Sequence record: MK773491.1
Length of the DNA stretch: 64,000 nucleotides
Strand: one strand, 5' to 3'
The notes under the pieces are model-generated. The model saw nothing but the letters and a program-made list of their open reading frames with translations, had not been told where the DNA came from and did not search any database. Below, one piece after another: positions 17,558 through 31,399 of this stretch. Each line of letters opens with the position of its first letter. The stretch's first letter is position 1. The translations under genes were made by a program, and so were the position numbers.

Positions 17558-18211
17558 TTAACCAAGTAGTGCTGGGATAGATTTGTAAATCTTGATAGCA
17601 AAGTTACCAGCGGCAGCAGCAGCGGAACCTTTAAGAATTACTTCTTTACCAGTTTTATCCATTAGTGGAACACCAGCTAGATCATCTAGAAGTAGACGAC
17701 CTTCGTCAATTGCAGTAGATGGAACACCTTGGAAAGAAATTGAATCACGGTCAAACACATCTGCACGTTCAACTAGGAAAGTGATAACATCAGCAGAAGC
17801 GATGTTAGCAGCAGCATCAACACCATCAACTACGTTTTTGAGACCATTAGCAGCAACGCCTTTAGCGATATCAGAAGTAGCGATGATAACTGCACGTTGC
17901 TGAACAACATCAACGATGCGTTTAACGTTAGTTTGAGCAGCATATGCTTCAGTGTAGTCTTCTTCAACGGTTGCTTCAACGAATTCAGAGCCGTCAACAC
18001 GGACAACACCTTTGTCATTTAGGAACTCAACGATTTCGTCTTTGTTCTGGGTGTTTAGAAAATGTTGTAGACCAACATAAGAACATACTGCACCAGTTAC
18101 TACTAGAGCAATGTCACCAGTAGTATCGATTGCAATAGTTGCTAGTGCGTTTTTACCTTGGAAATAACCAAGTACGCTATCTTGGGAGAAACCATTAATA
18201 CGTTCTAACAT
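17558..18211 (-). CDS. Probable virion structural protein, paralogue of 18225..18788
   Basis: AAGGAG RBS before ATG 18211; highly expressed codon usage; shares ITFxxERxDV and AIKxxxxxPxLL with its neighbour. Confidence 0.65.
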   Translation of the reverse strand: MLERINGFSQDSVLGYFQGKNALATIAIDTTGDIALVVTGAVCSYVGLQHFLNTQNKDEIVEFLNDKGVVRVDGSEFVEATVEEDYTEAYAAQTNVKRIVDVVQQRAVIIATSDIAKGVAANGLKNVVDGVDAAANIASADVITFLVERADVFDRDSISFQGVPSTAIDEGRLLLDDLAGVPLMDKTGKEVILKGSAAAAAGNFAIKIYKSIPALLG

Positions 18212-18224
18212 ATCATTCTCCTTA

Positions 18225-18788
18225 TTATAGTAGTACTGGAAGTGCAGCAAATACTTTAATAGCTACTGGTAGTGCATCAGCAGGAGTACCATCTTTCTTA
18301 CGGAAAGCACCAGCTTGACCTAGAGCAGCAGATAGTTCAGCACATGGCTCAACAGGAACTGGATAGTTAGAACCCGGACGAACTGCTTGTGCAGTTAGAA
18401 CATCTTGACGCTCGATCATGAAAGTAATACCGAAAGAATCAGCAGTTAGGGTTCCAGATTTACCGAAAGCAATTACGTTACCTTCAATTTTCTCGAAGTC
18501 AGCAGCGGTAGGATCAACACTTCCTTTAGCTAGCATAGAAGTAGCAACTTCAACAGAACGTTGTGCTAGAATTTGTGCAATCATAAATTGGTTGTACTCA
18601 GCAGCAGATAGTGCAGTTTGTGCAGCATTATCACCAATTTCAGTACCATCAGGTAGTACCGCAGTTTCGCCAATTTCTACATCAGCAGGTAGAGAAACAA
18701 CAACAGTAACGAAACCGTTATTACCACCCCAATATTCGCGACTGTTAGCTGACATGCCATAGTTGCGATCAAAAGAATTAAGACTCAT
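18225..18788 (-). CDS. Probable virion structural protein, paralogue of 17558..18211
   Basis: AAGGAG RBS before ATG 18788; minus-strand ATAAATA upstream; shared motifs with its neighbour. Confidence 0.65.
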   Translation of the reverse strand: MSLNSFDRNYGMSANSREYWGGNNGFVTVVVSLPADVEIGETAVLPDGTEIGDNAAQTALSAAEYNQFMIAQILAQRSVEVATSMLAKGSVDPTAADFEKIEGNVIAFGKSGTLTADSFGITFMIERQDVLTAQAVRPGSNYPVPVEPCAELSAALGQAGAFRKKDGTPADALPVAIKVFAALPVLL

Positions 18789-18835
18789 AAAAATCTCCTT
18801 GTCTAATTTGTTGCAGGATTGTCCCTGCTTAAAGT

Positions 18836-18842
18836 TATTTAT
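18836..18842 (-). promoter_or_regulatory. T4-type late promoter (minus strand)
   Basis: ATAAATA on the minus strand upstream of the paralogue pair; second copy at 18900-18906. Confidence 0.55.
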
Positions 18843-18912
18843 CAATTCTGAACGTTCATCTTTCGATAAATGGATAAAATTGATTTGTTTCTGTGATATT
18901 ATTTATCAAATC

Positions 18913-18942
18913 TTGGGACAAACCAGAAAAATGTGCTATAAT
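18913..18942 (+). promoter_or_regulatory. GGGACA-class promoter (rnh)
   Basis: TTGGGACA-N16-TATAAT, TGTGC. Confidence 0.78.
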
Positions 18943-18955
18943 AGAGGGGAAATAA

Positions 18956-19962
<1,007 letters not shown>

Positions 19963-19963
<1 letters not shown>

Positions 19964-20472
19964 TGGCAGTACTAAACAAATTAACAGATTATTCTTTTAT
20001 CTTAGAAACTGATGCAGGTGAACAACTAGGTATTATCGTTGATTATAGTGCAGGAACAACCGAACGTACTGGACTTGAGCTTTTTAATAATGATGGGGTA
20101 TATCCTTTTAATTCTTTAACTGAACTTGAAGAAATGATTGGTGAACCATTCAAAGTTAAAGAGAAAGAACAGACTGACATTACTACCAGTACTAAAGAAA
20201 TTGATGGTTATCCTGTAAACGACACTGATACTATTATTGGTGTTACGGTTAACGAAGAAACAGGCTATCCAGTGTTTAGAAAAAGTGAACGTTCAAAGAA
20301 ACTATTCTATCCGGGCTGGTGGGTTGTACAAACTGCTGAAGGTGATCATCTAGCACGTTTAACTCTAAGTGTTGACATTTACAATGAGCGTAAAGATACT
20401 GGTAAGATTTTCGGGCCATTTAAAACGTATATGGAATGTAACTATCAACTAAAATCGCTATCACAAAAATAA
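19963..20472 (+). CDS. Conserved hypothetical protein
   Basis: Coupled to rnh (TAATG overlap); followed by a terminator. Confidence 0.6.
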
Positions 20473-20494
20473 GGATGCCCCGGCGTCCTTTTTT
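20471..20494 (+). terminator. Intrinsic terminator
   Basis: AAGGATGC-CCCG-GCGTCCTT-TTTT. Confidence 0.7.
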
Positions 20495-20551
20495 AGTTTC
20501 ATATGTAATAGTTGCATTTGCAACTATTTTTAAGTACAAAGAATAATCTTT

Positions 20552-20559
20552 TATAAATA
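20552..20559 (+). promoter_or_regulatory. T4-type late promoter
   Basis: TATAAATA before terL. Confidence 0.7.
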
Positions 20560-20593
20560 AAAGTAAGCTAAAAGCTAAAGATTTTTATTTTAA

Positions 20594-22240
<1,647 letters not shown>

Positions 22241-22249
22241 GATTTATAA

Positions 22250-23610
<1,361 letters not shown>

Positions 23611-23658
23611 TTACGAAAGTATGACAACAAGAAGTCATTAAAAAATCTTGAAAATTAT

Positions 23659-23689
23659 TTGGGACATTTTGAGAAAAATGTGATATAAT
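23659..23689 (+). promoter_or_regulatory. GGGACA-class promoter (gp32, proximal)
   Basis: TTGGGACA-N17-TATAAT, TGTGA. Confidence 0.8.
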
Positions 23690-23806
23690 AATTATACCGG
23701 GACACATTGATGTAGAACGGTAATCTACGGAAGACAATGAATGTCTAACGTTAACAAAGAAGCAAATTAAAATCGAAACAAAGAAACAAACGTAAAGGAA
23801 TACAAT

Positions 23807-24859
23807 ATGAAAACTCTAGCTGAAATTCGTGCTCAACTAAAAGCAGACGCAGAACGCTCCGAAGCAATCAAGAATGGTACTTTCACAGGTAATCGTCAAC
23901 CAGACGCATTCTTAGCTTTTTGGAACATTCCAGAGAACACACCACTAAACCTACGCTTCCTACCAGATGCAGATGAAAACAACCCATTCTTCTGGCGTGA
24001 GCGTGACATGATTACCCTTGAGTTCAACGGCGTTGTTGGTATGCATACTGATAAAGTTCGTGTTCAAGTACCATGTAATGAAATGTGGGTTCCAAAGTCT
24101 TGCCCTGTACTAAACGAACTACGTAAGTGGTACGAAAGTGCAAAAGAAACTGGCAACGATGAACTAAAACAACTAGCTAGTAAATACTGGAAGAAAAAAT
24201 CTTATCTACTACAGTGCTTCATTGCACCAGATTCAGTAGCAGTTAAAGATGATATGGCTCCAGAGAATCCAATTCGTCGCGTACTAGTCAATAAGGAAAT
24301 TTTTGATAAAATCAAATCTATCCTAATGAATCCCGGTATCAAAGAACTACCTACTCATTACGAAGAAGGTCGTGATTTTGGTGTCGTTAAGACTCGTAAC
24401 GGCGGTGGTTTCAACAAATATGACATGTCTCAATTCTCCATGTCCGAACGTCCACTAAATGCCGAAGAACGTGCTGCTATTGAAAAATACGGCCTATTCG
24501 ACCTAGGTGAATTCATGCCTAAGCAACCAACACCAGAAGAGTTGCAAGCAATCGCTGAAATGTTCGAAGCATCAGTTGATGGCAAACCATATGACCCTGC
24601 ACGTTGGGCTTTCGCTTACCGTCCAGCAGGTGTTCAAAAACCAAACGGTAACACTCCAGCTACCACCGCAGCAGTAACCCAAACTGTTACTACAGCTACG
24701 CTAACTCAGCCTCTAGTTGAAGCACAACAAGCACCTGTTACTCCAGCGGCACAACCAACCCAAACTGCTCCAGTAGTTAACACTACTCCAGCAGCAGCAA
24801 CTAAACCAGCGGTATCTGCTTCTGATCTAGTAGCTCGTCTAAAAGGTGGCAACAAGTAA
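23807..24859 (+). CDS. gp32: Single-stranded DNA-binding protein (gp32-like)
   Basis: LRFLPDAD, Zn-type C..C pattern (VPCNEM...SCPV), EGRDF, KYDMSQF; low-complexity C-terminal tail. Confidence 0.85.
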   Translation: MKTLAEIRAQLKADAERSEAIKNGTFTGNRQPDAFLAFWNIPENTPLNLRFLPDADENNPFFWRERDMITLEFNGVVGMHTDKVRVQVPCNEMWVPKSCPVLNELRKWYESAKETGNDELKQLASKYWKKKSYLLQCFIAPDSVAVKDDMAPENPIRRVLVNKEIFDKIKSILMNPGIKELPTHYEEGRDFGVVKTRNGGGFNKYDMSQFSMSERPLNAEERAAIEKYGLFDLGEFMPKQPTPEELQAIAEMFEASVDGKPYDPARWAFAYRPAGVQKPNGNTPATTAAVTQTVTTATLTQPLVEAQQAPVTPAAQPTQTAPVVNTTPAAATKPAVSASDLVARLKGGNK

Positions 24860-24867
24860 TTTTCATA

Positions 24868-24891
24868 GGGGCTAAGGATTGGCCCCATTTT
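24868..24891 (+). terminator. Intrinsic terminator after gp32
   Basis: GGGGCTA-AGGAT-TGGCCCC-ATTTT. Confidence 0.65.
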
Positions 24892-24908
24892 ATTTCAAGG
24901 AGTGAAAT

Positions 24909-26030
24909 ATGAAACTATCGTCTGGTTTTTCTAATATTCTAAAAAATAGTACTGCATCAGTTAAGAAGAATTCTGGTGTCAGCGTTGGATTCCATGATCC
25001 TGATACATGGGTAAGTACTGGTAACTTTGCATTGAACTATCGCATTAGCGGTGATTTCAACAAGGGTATTCCTCTTGGTAAAGTAACTATGTTTGCTGGT
25101 GAATCTGGCAGTGGTAAATCATTCATCGTAAGTGGTAATATTGCACGTGAAGCACAACAACAAGGTATCTTTGTTGTACTAATCGATTCTGAGAACGCTC
25201 TAGATTCTGATTGGCTACATGCTCTAGGTGTAGATACTTCTGAAGACAAACTTCTAAAAATGAACATGGGTATGATTGGTGATGTTGCTAAATTTACTTA
25301 TGAGTTCATTGAAGGTTATCGTAAGGAATATGAAAACGTACCACGTGAAGAACGTATGAAAGTACTATTCATCATCGACTCAATCGGTATGCTTAATACT
25401 GAAATCGCAAATGACCAGATGAAAGCTGGTACAATGAAAGGCGATATGGGTCACAAACCAAAACAACTTAAAGCGTATATTACAAACTGCGTAAACTCTC
25501 TAGGCTCACTAAACATTGGTATGGTTTGTGTAAACCACAGTTATGAGTCACAAGATATGTTTAACCCTGATCCAAAAATCAGTGGTGGTAGTGGTCTTGT
25601 TTATGCTTCATCTATCGTAGTAGCTATGGGTAAACTAAAGCTAAAAGAAGACGAAGACGGCAACAAAACTTCTGACGTAAGCGGTATTCGTTCTAAGTGT
25701 AAAGTAATGAAAACTCGTTATAACAAACCTTTCGAAGATGTAGAGATTAAAATCCCTTATGAAAGAGGTATGAACCCACGTAGCGGTCTACTTGATATGT
25801 TTGAAAAATATGGGTTAGTTACTAAATCTGGTAACCGTCTACTATATGTAGATATTGATACTGGCGAGCAAATTCTTCAATATGCAAAAGCATGGCGAGC
25901 TAATGAAAACAGTTGTTTAGATCTAGTCATGAATCAGTTTAATCGTCACCCTCTAATCAGCCCACTAACTGAAGAAGAAAAAGGTGATGAAGAATTCGGT
26001 ACTGATATCGAAGGAACTGAAGGAGAATAA
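24909..26030 (+). CDS. uvsX: RecA-like recombinase UvsX
   Basis: GESGSGKS Walker A, IIDSIG Walker B, SGGSGLVYASS. Confidence 0.93.
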   Translation: MKLSSGFSNILKNSTASVKKNSGVSVGFHDPDTWVSTGNFALNYRISGDFNKGIPLGKVTMFAGESGSGKSFIVSGNIAREAQQQGIFVVLIDSENALDSDWLHALGVDTSEDKLLKMNMGMIGDVAKFTYEFIEGYRKEYENVPREERMKVLFIIDSIGMLNTEIANDQMKAGTMKGDMGHKPKQLKAYITNCVNSLGSLNIGMVCVNHSYESQDMFNPDPKISGGSGLVYASSIVVAMGKLKLKEDEDGNKTSDVSGIRSKCKVMKTRYNKPFEDVEIKIPYERGMNPRSGLLDMFEKYGLVTKSGNRLLYVDIDTGEQILQYAKAWRANENSCLDLVMNQFNRHPLISPLTEEEKGDEEFGTDIEGTEGE

Positions 26031-26032
26031 TA

Positions 26033-26494
26033 ATGCGGCCTTGGCATTGGGTTATCAAAGATGATAAAACCAAGATTGTTGATATGATTGAGTACTATGA
26101 TGGTGAGCTTGAAGAGGCTCGCCGTGAAGTAAAACAAATCGGTGTTATTGAGAAGTTAGCCCAGCAATTACCAGCTTGGCACGAAACCCGATTCAGTCAG
26201 TTACAACAACTAGAAGCTGTACTTGAAGTATTGGAAATTGAAATGAAACAGTTGGAAGGTGAAAAGTTCAAGCATTTTCTTGAACATTATAAACGCCAAT
26301 TATCTAGCTCAGACTGTAAACGCTATGTTGAAGGTGACAAAGAAGTTGCAGAATTAGCAGAGCTTATTAACGAAGTAGCATATATTCGTAACCAGTACAC
26401 AAGTATTGTAAAGTCATTAGAAATGAAAGCATTCCAGTTAAACAATATTGTTAAACTAAGAACTGCTGGCATTGAAGATGCAAGATTAGACTAA
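26033..26494 (+). CDS. uvsY: Recombination mediator UvsY
   Basis: Helical 153 aa; LSSSDCKRYVEGD and LEMKAFQLNNIVKLR resemble UvsY; next to uvsX. Confidence 0.75.
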   Translation: MRPWHWVIKDDKTKIVDMIEYYDGELEEARREVKQIGVIEKLAQQLPAWHETRFSQLQQLEAVLEVLEIEMKQLEGEKFKHFLEHYKRQLSSSDCKRYVEGDKEVAELAELINEVAYIRNQYTSIVKSLEMKAFQLNNIVKLRTAGIEDARLD

Positions 26495-26500
26495 TTTAAT

Positions 26501-26528
26501 AAGGACGCATTGAGCGTCCTTTTCTTTT
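26501..26528 (+). terminator. Intrinsic terminator after uvsY
   Basis: AAGGACGC-ATTGA-GCGTCCTT plus T-tract. Confidence 0.8.
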
Positions 26529-26539
26529 GAGAATATATT

Positions 26540-27358
26540 ATGAATAAGATGGAAGAATTTCTACAGAAAGTGGTTGTAAACGATACGGAGACTACTGGTG
26601 TGGATGAGGATGATGATATTATTGAATTCAGTGCTTCGTTTCCAATGTCAGCACAGGATGGGATTGATGATATTATTAACTACACAAATCGTTATAAACC
26701 ACTAAAACCAGTACCAGCAATTGCATCTTCAGTACATTTCATTACTGACGACGATCTTGTAGATTGTGGTAGTTACAAAGATGATATTGAAAATATCGAC
26801 GCACTCTTTACTTCACGTGAATTCTATGTGGGTCACAACGTTGATTTTGACCGTGATATGTATATTCAGAATCACCGTAAAAGTACTGGTATCGTACCAG
26901 AATATATGATCGACAATACTAAGTGGATTTGCACCTTACGTTTAGCAAAAAAACTTTTTGCTGAAGATATGGAATATGAAAACTTTAAACTAAGTTATCT
27001 ATGGTTCAAGTATGGATTGAATAAAACAGTTGATCGACCAATCAATGCTCACGCAGCAAAGGATGACGTGTACATGTGCTTCAAAGTACTCGTCAAGCTA
27101 GTTGAGATCTGTATTGAACGTGGTGTAATTGATCCAAACCAAGATATCGGTGAACAAATTATTGCATTCTGCAATAAACCTTATCGTTATCAGATTATGC
27201 CTATTGGTAAACACAAAGGCGAAAAAATGAAAGATGTTCCCTTGAACTACTTGAACTGGATGATAACTAATAGTGACATTCTAAATGCTGATTTGCCGAA
27301 CTACGATGTAGACTTGGCTTACACTATCGAATGTGAGTATTCAGAAAGAACCAATTGA
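26540..27358 (+). CDS. DEDDh 3'-5' exonuclease (ExoX/DnaQ-like)
   Basis: DTETTG, HNVDFD, HAAKDD; C-terminal MPIGKHKG...VPLNYLNW (ExoX-type). Confidence 0.88.
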   Translation: MNKMEEFLQKVVVNDTETTGVDEDDDIIEFSASFPMSAQDGIDDIINYTNRYKPLKPVPAIASSVHFITDDDLVDCGSYKDDIENIDALFTSREFYVGHNVDFDRDMYIQNHRKSTGIVPEYMIDNTKWICTLRLAKKLFAEDMEYENFKLSYLWFKYGLNKTVDRPINAHAAKDDVYMCFKVLVKLVEICIERGVIDPNQDIGEQIIAFCNKPYRYQIMPIGKHKGEKMKDVPLNYLNWMITNSDILNADLPNYDVDLAYTIECEYSERTN

Positions 27359-27375
27359 TTTAAAAGGACTCAAGG

Positions 27376-28860
27376 ATGAGTGGAGTTTGTAGACTTATAC
27401 TTCAGGATGAAGTAAACTGTAAATTCGAGGGGCTTGACCCCTCAATTAGAAACAAAATGATTAGTGAAGTTTCTTATGTACTTCCTTACGCTCGATATAC
27501 TCCTGCTGGACGAATGGGCCGCTGGGACGGTAAAGTAAACTTCATGAATATGGGCGGTAGTACTTATTATCATATGTTAGATAAATTACTACCCATCTTG
27601 GATAAACATAATGTGTTGATTGATGTTATTGATGAACGCATTACATATGATTTTGATTTTGACCCAATCGATGAAAATCTTTTCGATTATGTTGAATTTC
27701 CAGTGGGACACCACATGGAAGGTAAAAAAATCATTCTACGTGAGCACCAAGTAAATGCGGTTAATGCATGTTTGAAAAACCAACATGGATTACTACTTGC
27801 AAGTACGAGTTCAGGTAAAACTCTAATCACTGCCGCACTATCTAAATGTGTAGAGAAATATGGTCGTAGTATTATCATCGTTCCAAGTACTGATCTAGTA
27901 CAGCAAACATATAATGACTACGCTATGGTTGGATTAGATGCTGGTGTATTTTATGGTGATAAAAAAGAACTAGGACATACCCATACTATCACGACTTGGC
28001 AATCCTTAAACTCTTTGTGGAAAAAAACAAAGAAAGATGAGATTCCAATGACTGAGCAGGACATTCACGACTTCATTGATGGTGTGGTGTGTGTTATGGT
28101 GGATGAGGCCCATACAAGTGCTGCTGATGCACTACAGGCTGTTTTAGGACAGGTAATGTGTCGTATTCCATTACGTTGGGGTTTAACTGGTACAATCCCA
28201 AAAGATCCAGTTCTAGCAGCAAAAATCAAGTGCAATGTCGGTGACATAATATATACGATCACTGCGAAAGAATTACAAGATAAGAATATTTTGAGTACTT
28301 GTAATGTGAACTGTATCAAATTGAAAAGTTCATTGAAGTTTGCAACCTATCCAGAAGAAATGAAGTTCTTAGTAACTGACCGGGATAGGATGAAGTACAT
28401 TGCCACATTGATTGCAGCTATTGCAGAGAGTGGAAATACATTAGTGTTAGTTGACAGGTTGGAAGCTGGTGAATTACTTTGTGAGTATTTAGGAATTCCC
28501 AAATCTGAATTTGTTCGTGGTAATACGAAGAAGAAAGACCGTGAAGCCTCTTATGGTGAAATCCGTTGGGCTGATAACAAAATTCTAATTGCTACATACG
28601 GTGTTGCAAGTACTGGTATTAGTATCAGTCGCTTATATAACGTTGTATTGATTGAACCGGGTAAATCATTCGTTCGTACAATTCAGAGTATTGGGCGTGG
28701 ACTACGCCGAGCAGAAGACAAAGATCACGTTGAAATCTATGATATTTCGGGTTCAAACAAATATTCAGCAAAACACTCAAGGGAGAGAATCGCATACTAC
28801 AAAGAGGTGGAATATCCTTATAATCAGGTAGTTGTTGAAGATTGGCAAAACTTGGGATGA
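27376..28860 (+). CDS. uvsW: SF2 helicase UvsW
   Basis: TSSGKT, DEAH, GLTGT, QSIGRGLR motifs. Confidence 0.92.
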   Translation: MSGVCRLILQDEVNCKFEGLDPSIRNKMISEVSYVLPYARYTPAGRMGRWDGKVNFMNMGGSTYYHMLDKLLPILDKHNVLIDVIDERITYDFDFDPIDENLFDYVEFPVGHHMEGKKIILREHQVNAVNACLKNQHGLLLASTSSGKTLITAALSKCVEKYGRSIIIVPSTDLVQQTYNDYAMVGLDAGVFYGDKKELGHTHTITTWQSLNSLWKKTKKDEIPMTEQDIHDFIDGVVCVMVDEAHTSAADALQAVLGQVMCRIPLRWGLTGTIPKDPVLAAKIKCNVGDIIYTITAKELQDKNILSTCNVNCIKLKSSLKFATYPEEMKFLVTDRDRMKYIATLIAAIAESGNTLVLVDRLEAGELLCEYLGIPKSEFVRGNTKKKDREASYGEIRWADNKILIATYGVASTGISISRLYNVVLIEPGKSFVRTIQSIGRGLRRAEDKDHVEIYDISGSNKYSAKHSRERIAYYKEVEYPYNQVVVEDWQNLG

Positions 28861-28882
28861 AACCGAAAAAATGTGATATAAT
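28852..28882 (+). promoter_or_regulatory. GGGACA-class promoter (28915 operon)
   Basis: TTGGGATG-N17-TATAAT, TGTGA; overlaps the uvsW stop. Confidence 0.78.
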
Positions 28883-28914
28883 ATAACTGTAACTAACAAA
28901 AGGAATAAAGAAAA

Positions 28915-29349
28915 ATGGAACTTCGATCTTGTATCGCTTTTATTGGTGATCATGCAACGCTTGAAAAGATCGATTCCTTGATTAACGAGGAATCTTTGAT
29001 TGACGACATGGTATTTTCTGTAGATTTTATTTCAGAGCTTGAAACTAACGATACCTATGTTTACCGTTGCTATTCTGATAGCGATTCATGGATTAATATC
29101 TATGAAATCCAAAATAGATTTACTGAAATTCTTGGTAAATCAAAATATGACATAATTTATGCTAGTACTGATTCTAAGACATTTGTAGACGTAGTGAGTA
29201 TTTCTGGAAATTTTGATGCTTACATTGACACAGACACCGATAAGATTCAGGAAGTATGTGATACGTATGGGTTGGAGTTCTTTGGGTCTGATGAGGAAGA
29301 TGATTATCAGATTGACGATTACTACAACGACGACGATGATTACTACTAA
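28915..29349 (+). CDS. Acidic hypothetical protein
   Basis: AAGGA RBS, own promoter; DDYY-repeat tail. Confidence 0.55.
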   Translation: MELRSCIAFIGDHATLEKIDSLINEESLIDDMVFSVDFISELETNDTYVYRCYSDSDSWINIYEIQNRFTEILGKSKYDIIYASTDSKTFVDVVSISGNFDAYIDTDTDKIQEVCDTYGLEFFGSDEEDDYQIDDYYNDDDDYY

Positions 29350-29359
29350 GGAGGGAATC

Positions 29360-29857
29360 ATGCAAATTTTAACTCCAGAAAACTATGCATATGAAATGGA
29401 TTTGGTGTCCGATGAGATACCAGAAGAAATGTATTGTGTACTAGATTTGAGTGATCACGGTGATTCTGATTTTTATTTCAGACCAATCAACCATACAGTA
29501 TCATTCAATAGTTTGAGTGCTGATTTACAAATTGGTGATAAAGTTATTCAAGTACCCCTAGGTTGGCAAATACTTCTAGGTGATGAGGATACTGGAATGG
29601 CTGAGATGTGTACTATTGAAAATCTTTTGAATATGAAAGAACCACAAGCATATGTATACAATCCAATACGTTCTATGTATCCTAGATATGAAGACGTAAA
29701 AGTACTAAGAGTATTCACACTAACTACTAAGTGGCAGATGCCGATGGTTCAACGTAAGAATTTACTTGCAGTACCATTGACAAAAGGGTATAATCCCAAA
29801 TGCGTCTTTTTTGCCGACGAAAACGAAAAAATACCTGATTTATATTTGGGAGCTTGA
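29360..29857 (+). CDS. Conserved hypothetical protein
   Basis: AAGGAGG RBS before ATG 29360 (ORF track start at 29213 is too long). Confidence 0.6.
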   Translation: MQILTPENYAYEMDLVSDEIPEEMYCVLDLSDHGDSDFYFRPINHTVSFNSLSADLQIGDKVIQVPLGWQILLGDEDTGMAEMCTIENLLNMKEPQAYVYNPIRSMYPRYEDVKVLRVFTLTTKWQMPMVQRKNLLAVPLTKGYNPKCVFFADENEKIPDLYLGA

Positions 29858-29859
29858 TA

Positions 29860-30705
29860 ATGTTTGATTTCAGTAATACAAAAGAATCTACTCCAGTAGA
29901 AGAGTATGAGGTTGAAAAGAAAGTAGATCTTGATATGAACCTTCTACTTGAGAAGATTGACACTGCACAGTACGAGTATTTTGAAACACTAAGTGATAAT
30001 GAAAAGAAAAGTTTTCAACCTTATGTGATTCAGCGTTGGATTAGTTCACTTGATGATTCTATGCAAGTAACATACTCAGCTAAAAGTGTTGAAGCTATAT
30101 TTGGTAAATGGGCTAAAGGTGGCAAAGATGCACTAAATGAATTACGTACTGAATTTATCAATAACGGTATTGAATGTATCGGTGTTGCAAAATATCAACA
30201 CGCACAATATGACTGGCGTATAAAATTTGCAGTGAAGAACAAAGCAGCAGCCGAGAAACTTATTCAGGCTATGCAAGAGTTCAGTATTACTGGATATGAA
30301 ATTGTATCATTGGTTGACAGTACTACTTACAAACATCTTCTAATTATGTTGAATGACATGGTTAACGAAGGTATGTGGGAAATGCAGAATACACCAGATT
30401 TAGTTTACCAACTTCTATGTTCTGTATCTTCTATTGTAGGTGGACGCAAACAAGCACACACTTGGTTGCCTTTCCCTAAAGGCTTAAAGAATGTAAATAA
30501 AAACTTATTTGAACTCATCAAGAAAACACAGCCAATGTTAACGGCAGCACAACTTTCCGAAGTTGAGTACAAAATTCTTTTATTGGGTTATGATAAGAAA
30601 TCATTTGAGGCACTTCTTGAGGACTTTGGTTTTCAAGATAGTGATAAGAAAGACTATCTAAAACAATTCAAGGCAGAGTGTGAGAAATATGGCAAAACTA
30701 GCTAA
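29860..30705 (+). CDS. Hypothetical protein (weak resemblance to clamp-loader small subunits)
   Basis: GGAG RBS; KKSFQPYVIQRWIS...W.P.PK pattern. Function is tentative. Confidence 0.45.
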   Translation: MFDFSNTKESTPVEEYEVEKKVDLDMNLLLEKIDTAQYEYFETLSDNEKKSFQPYVIQRWISSLDDSMQVTYSAKSVEAIFGKWAKGGKDALNELRTEFINNGIECIGVAKYQHAQYDWRIKFAVKNKAAAEKLIQAMQEFSITGYEIVSLVDSTTYKHLLIMLNDMVNEGMWEMQNTPDLVYQLLCSVSSIVGGRKQAHTWLPFPKGLKNVNKNLFELIKKTQPMLTAAQLSEVEYKILLLGYDKKSFEALLEDFGFQDSDKKDYLKQFKAECEKYGKTS

Positions 30706-31399
30706 AAAAGCACCCACGTATAAATGTGGGTTTTGCAATAAAGAGTTTAAAAGAGAAGAAACAGTTTTAACACATAAATGTGAAAAACGTGAAAGATATA
30801 ATAATCGTGACTCCCGCCAGATGCGGGAGGCATTTCGTATCTATATGCTGTTCATGAACAAACATAAACTAAGTATGGGTAAGAATGAAGAACCATTAAT
30901 GCACTTTATTAAATCAAAGTACTTTAATGATTTTTATAAATTTGCTGATTATATACTATCTAATGATATTTTGAACAAAGAGCAATTTGTTGAAACTATT
31001 ATGACTAGTGGTAAACCAGTATATGAATGGATGACTCATAAAACATTAGAAGAATGGGTTATTAAATGCATTCGTGAAGAACATCCACGTAGAGCAATAG
31101 AGAGATCTATTCCAGCATTAGTTGAATGGGCTGAAATTGTTGATAGTGATTGGACTAACTTCTTCCGTGAAGTAAGTTCAGTACGTGCTATTCAATGGTT
31201 TGAATGTGGTAAAATATCACCGTGGCTCATCTACATTGCCCCCACTGCATCCGGTAATGCCCTCTTCTCCAGATTATCGACTTCTGAATTAGAATATCTA
31301 ATTCGGTTCATCGATCCTACTTTTTATCAAATGAAACAAATAAAATACAAAGAAGATTGTGATTATATTAGGCAACTTCTTATTGAGGCTGGATTATGA
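30689..31399 (+). CDS. Zinc-finger protein (CxxC...H.C)
   Basis: YKCGFCNKEFKREETVLTHKC at the N-terminus. Confidence 0.65.
   Translation: MAKLAKKAPTYKCGFCNKEFKREETVLTHKCEKRERYNNRDSRQMREAFRIYMLFMNKHKLSMGKNEEPLMHFIKSKYFNDFYKFADYILSNDILNKEQFVETIMTSGKPVYEWMTHKTLEEWVIKCIREEHPRRAIERSIPALVEWAEIVDSDWTNFFREVSSVRAIQWFECGKISPWLIYIAPTASGNALFSRLSTSELEYLIRFIDPTFYQMKQIKYKEDCDYIRQLLIEAGL

Noticed and set aside
29213-29359. Long N-terminal extension with poly-Thr on the 29213 ORF
   Set aside because: It is an alternative frame of the GACGAC repeat at the end of the previous gene; a strong AAGGAGG RBS supports ATG 29360.
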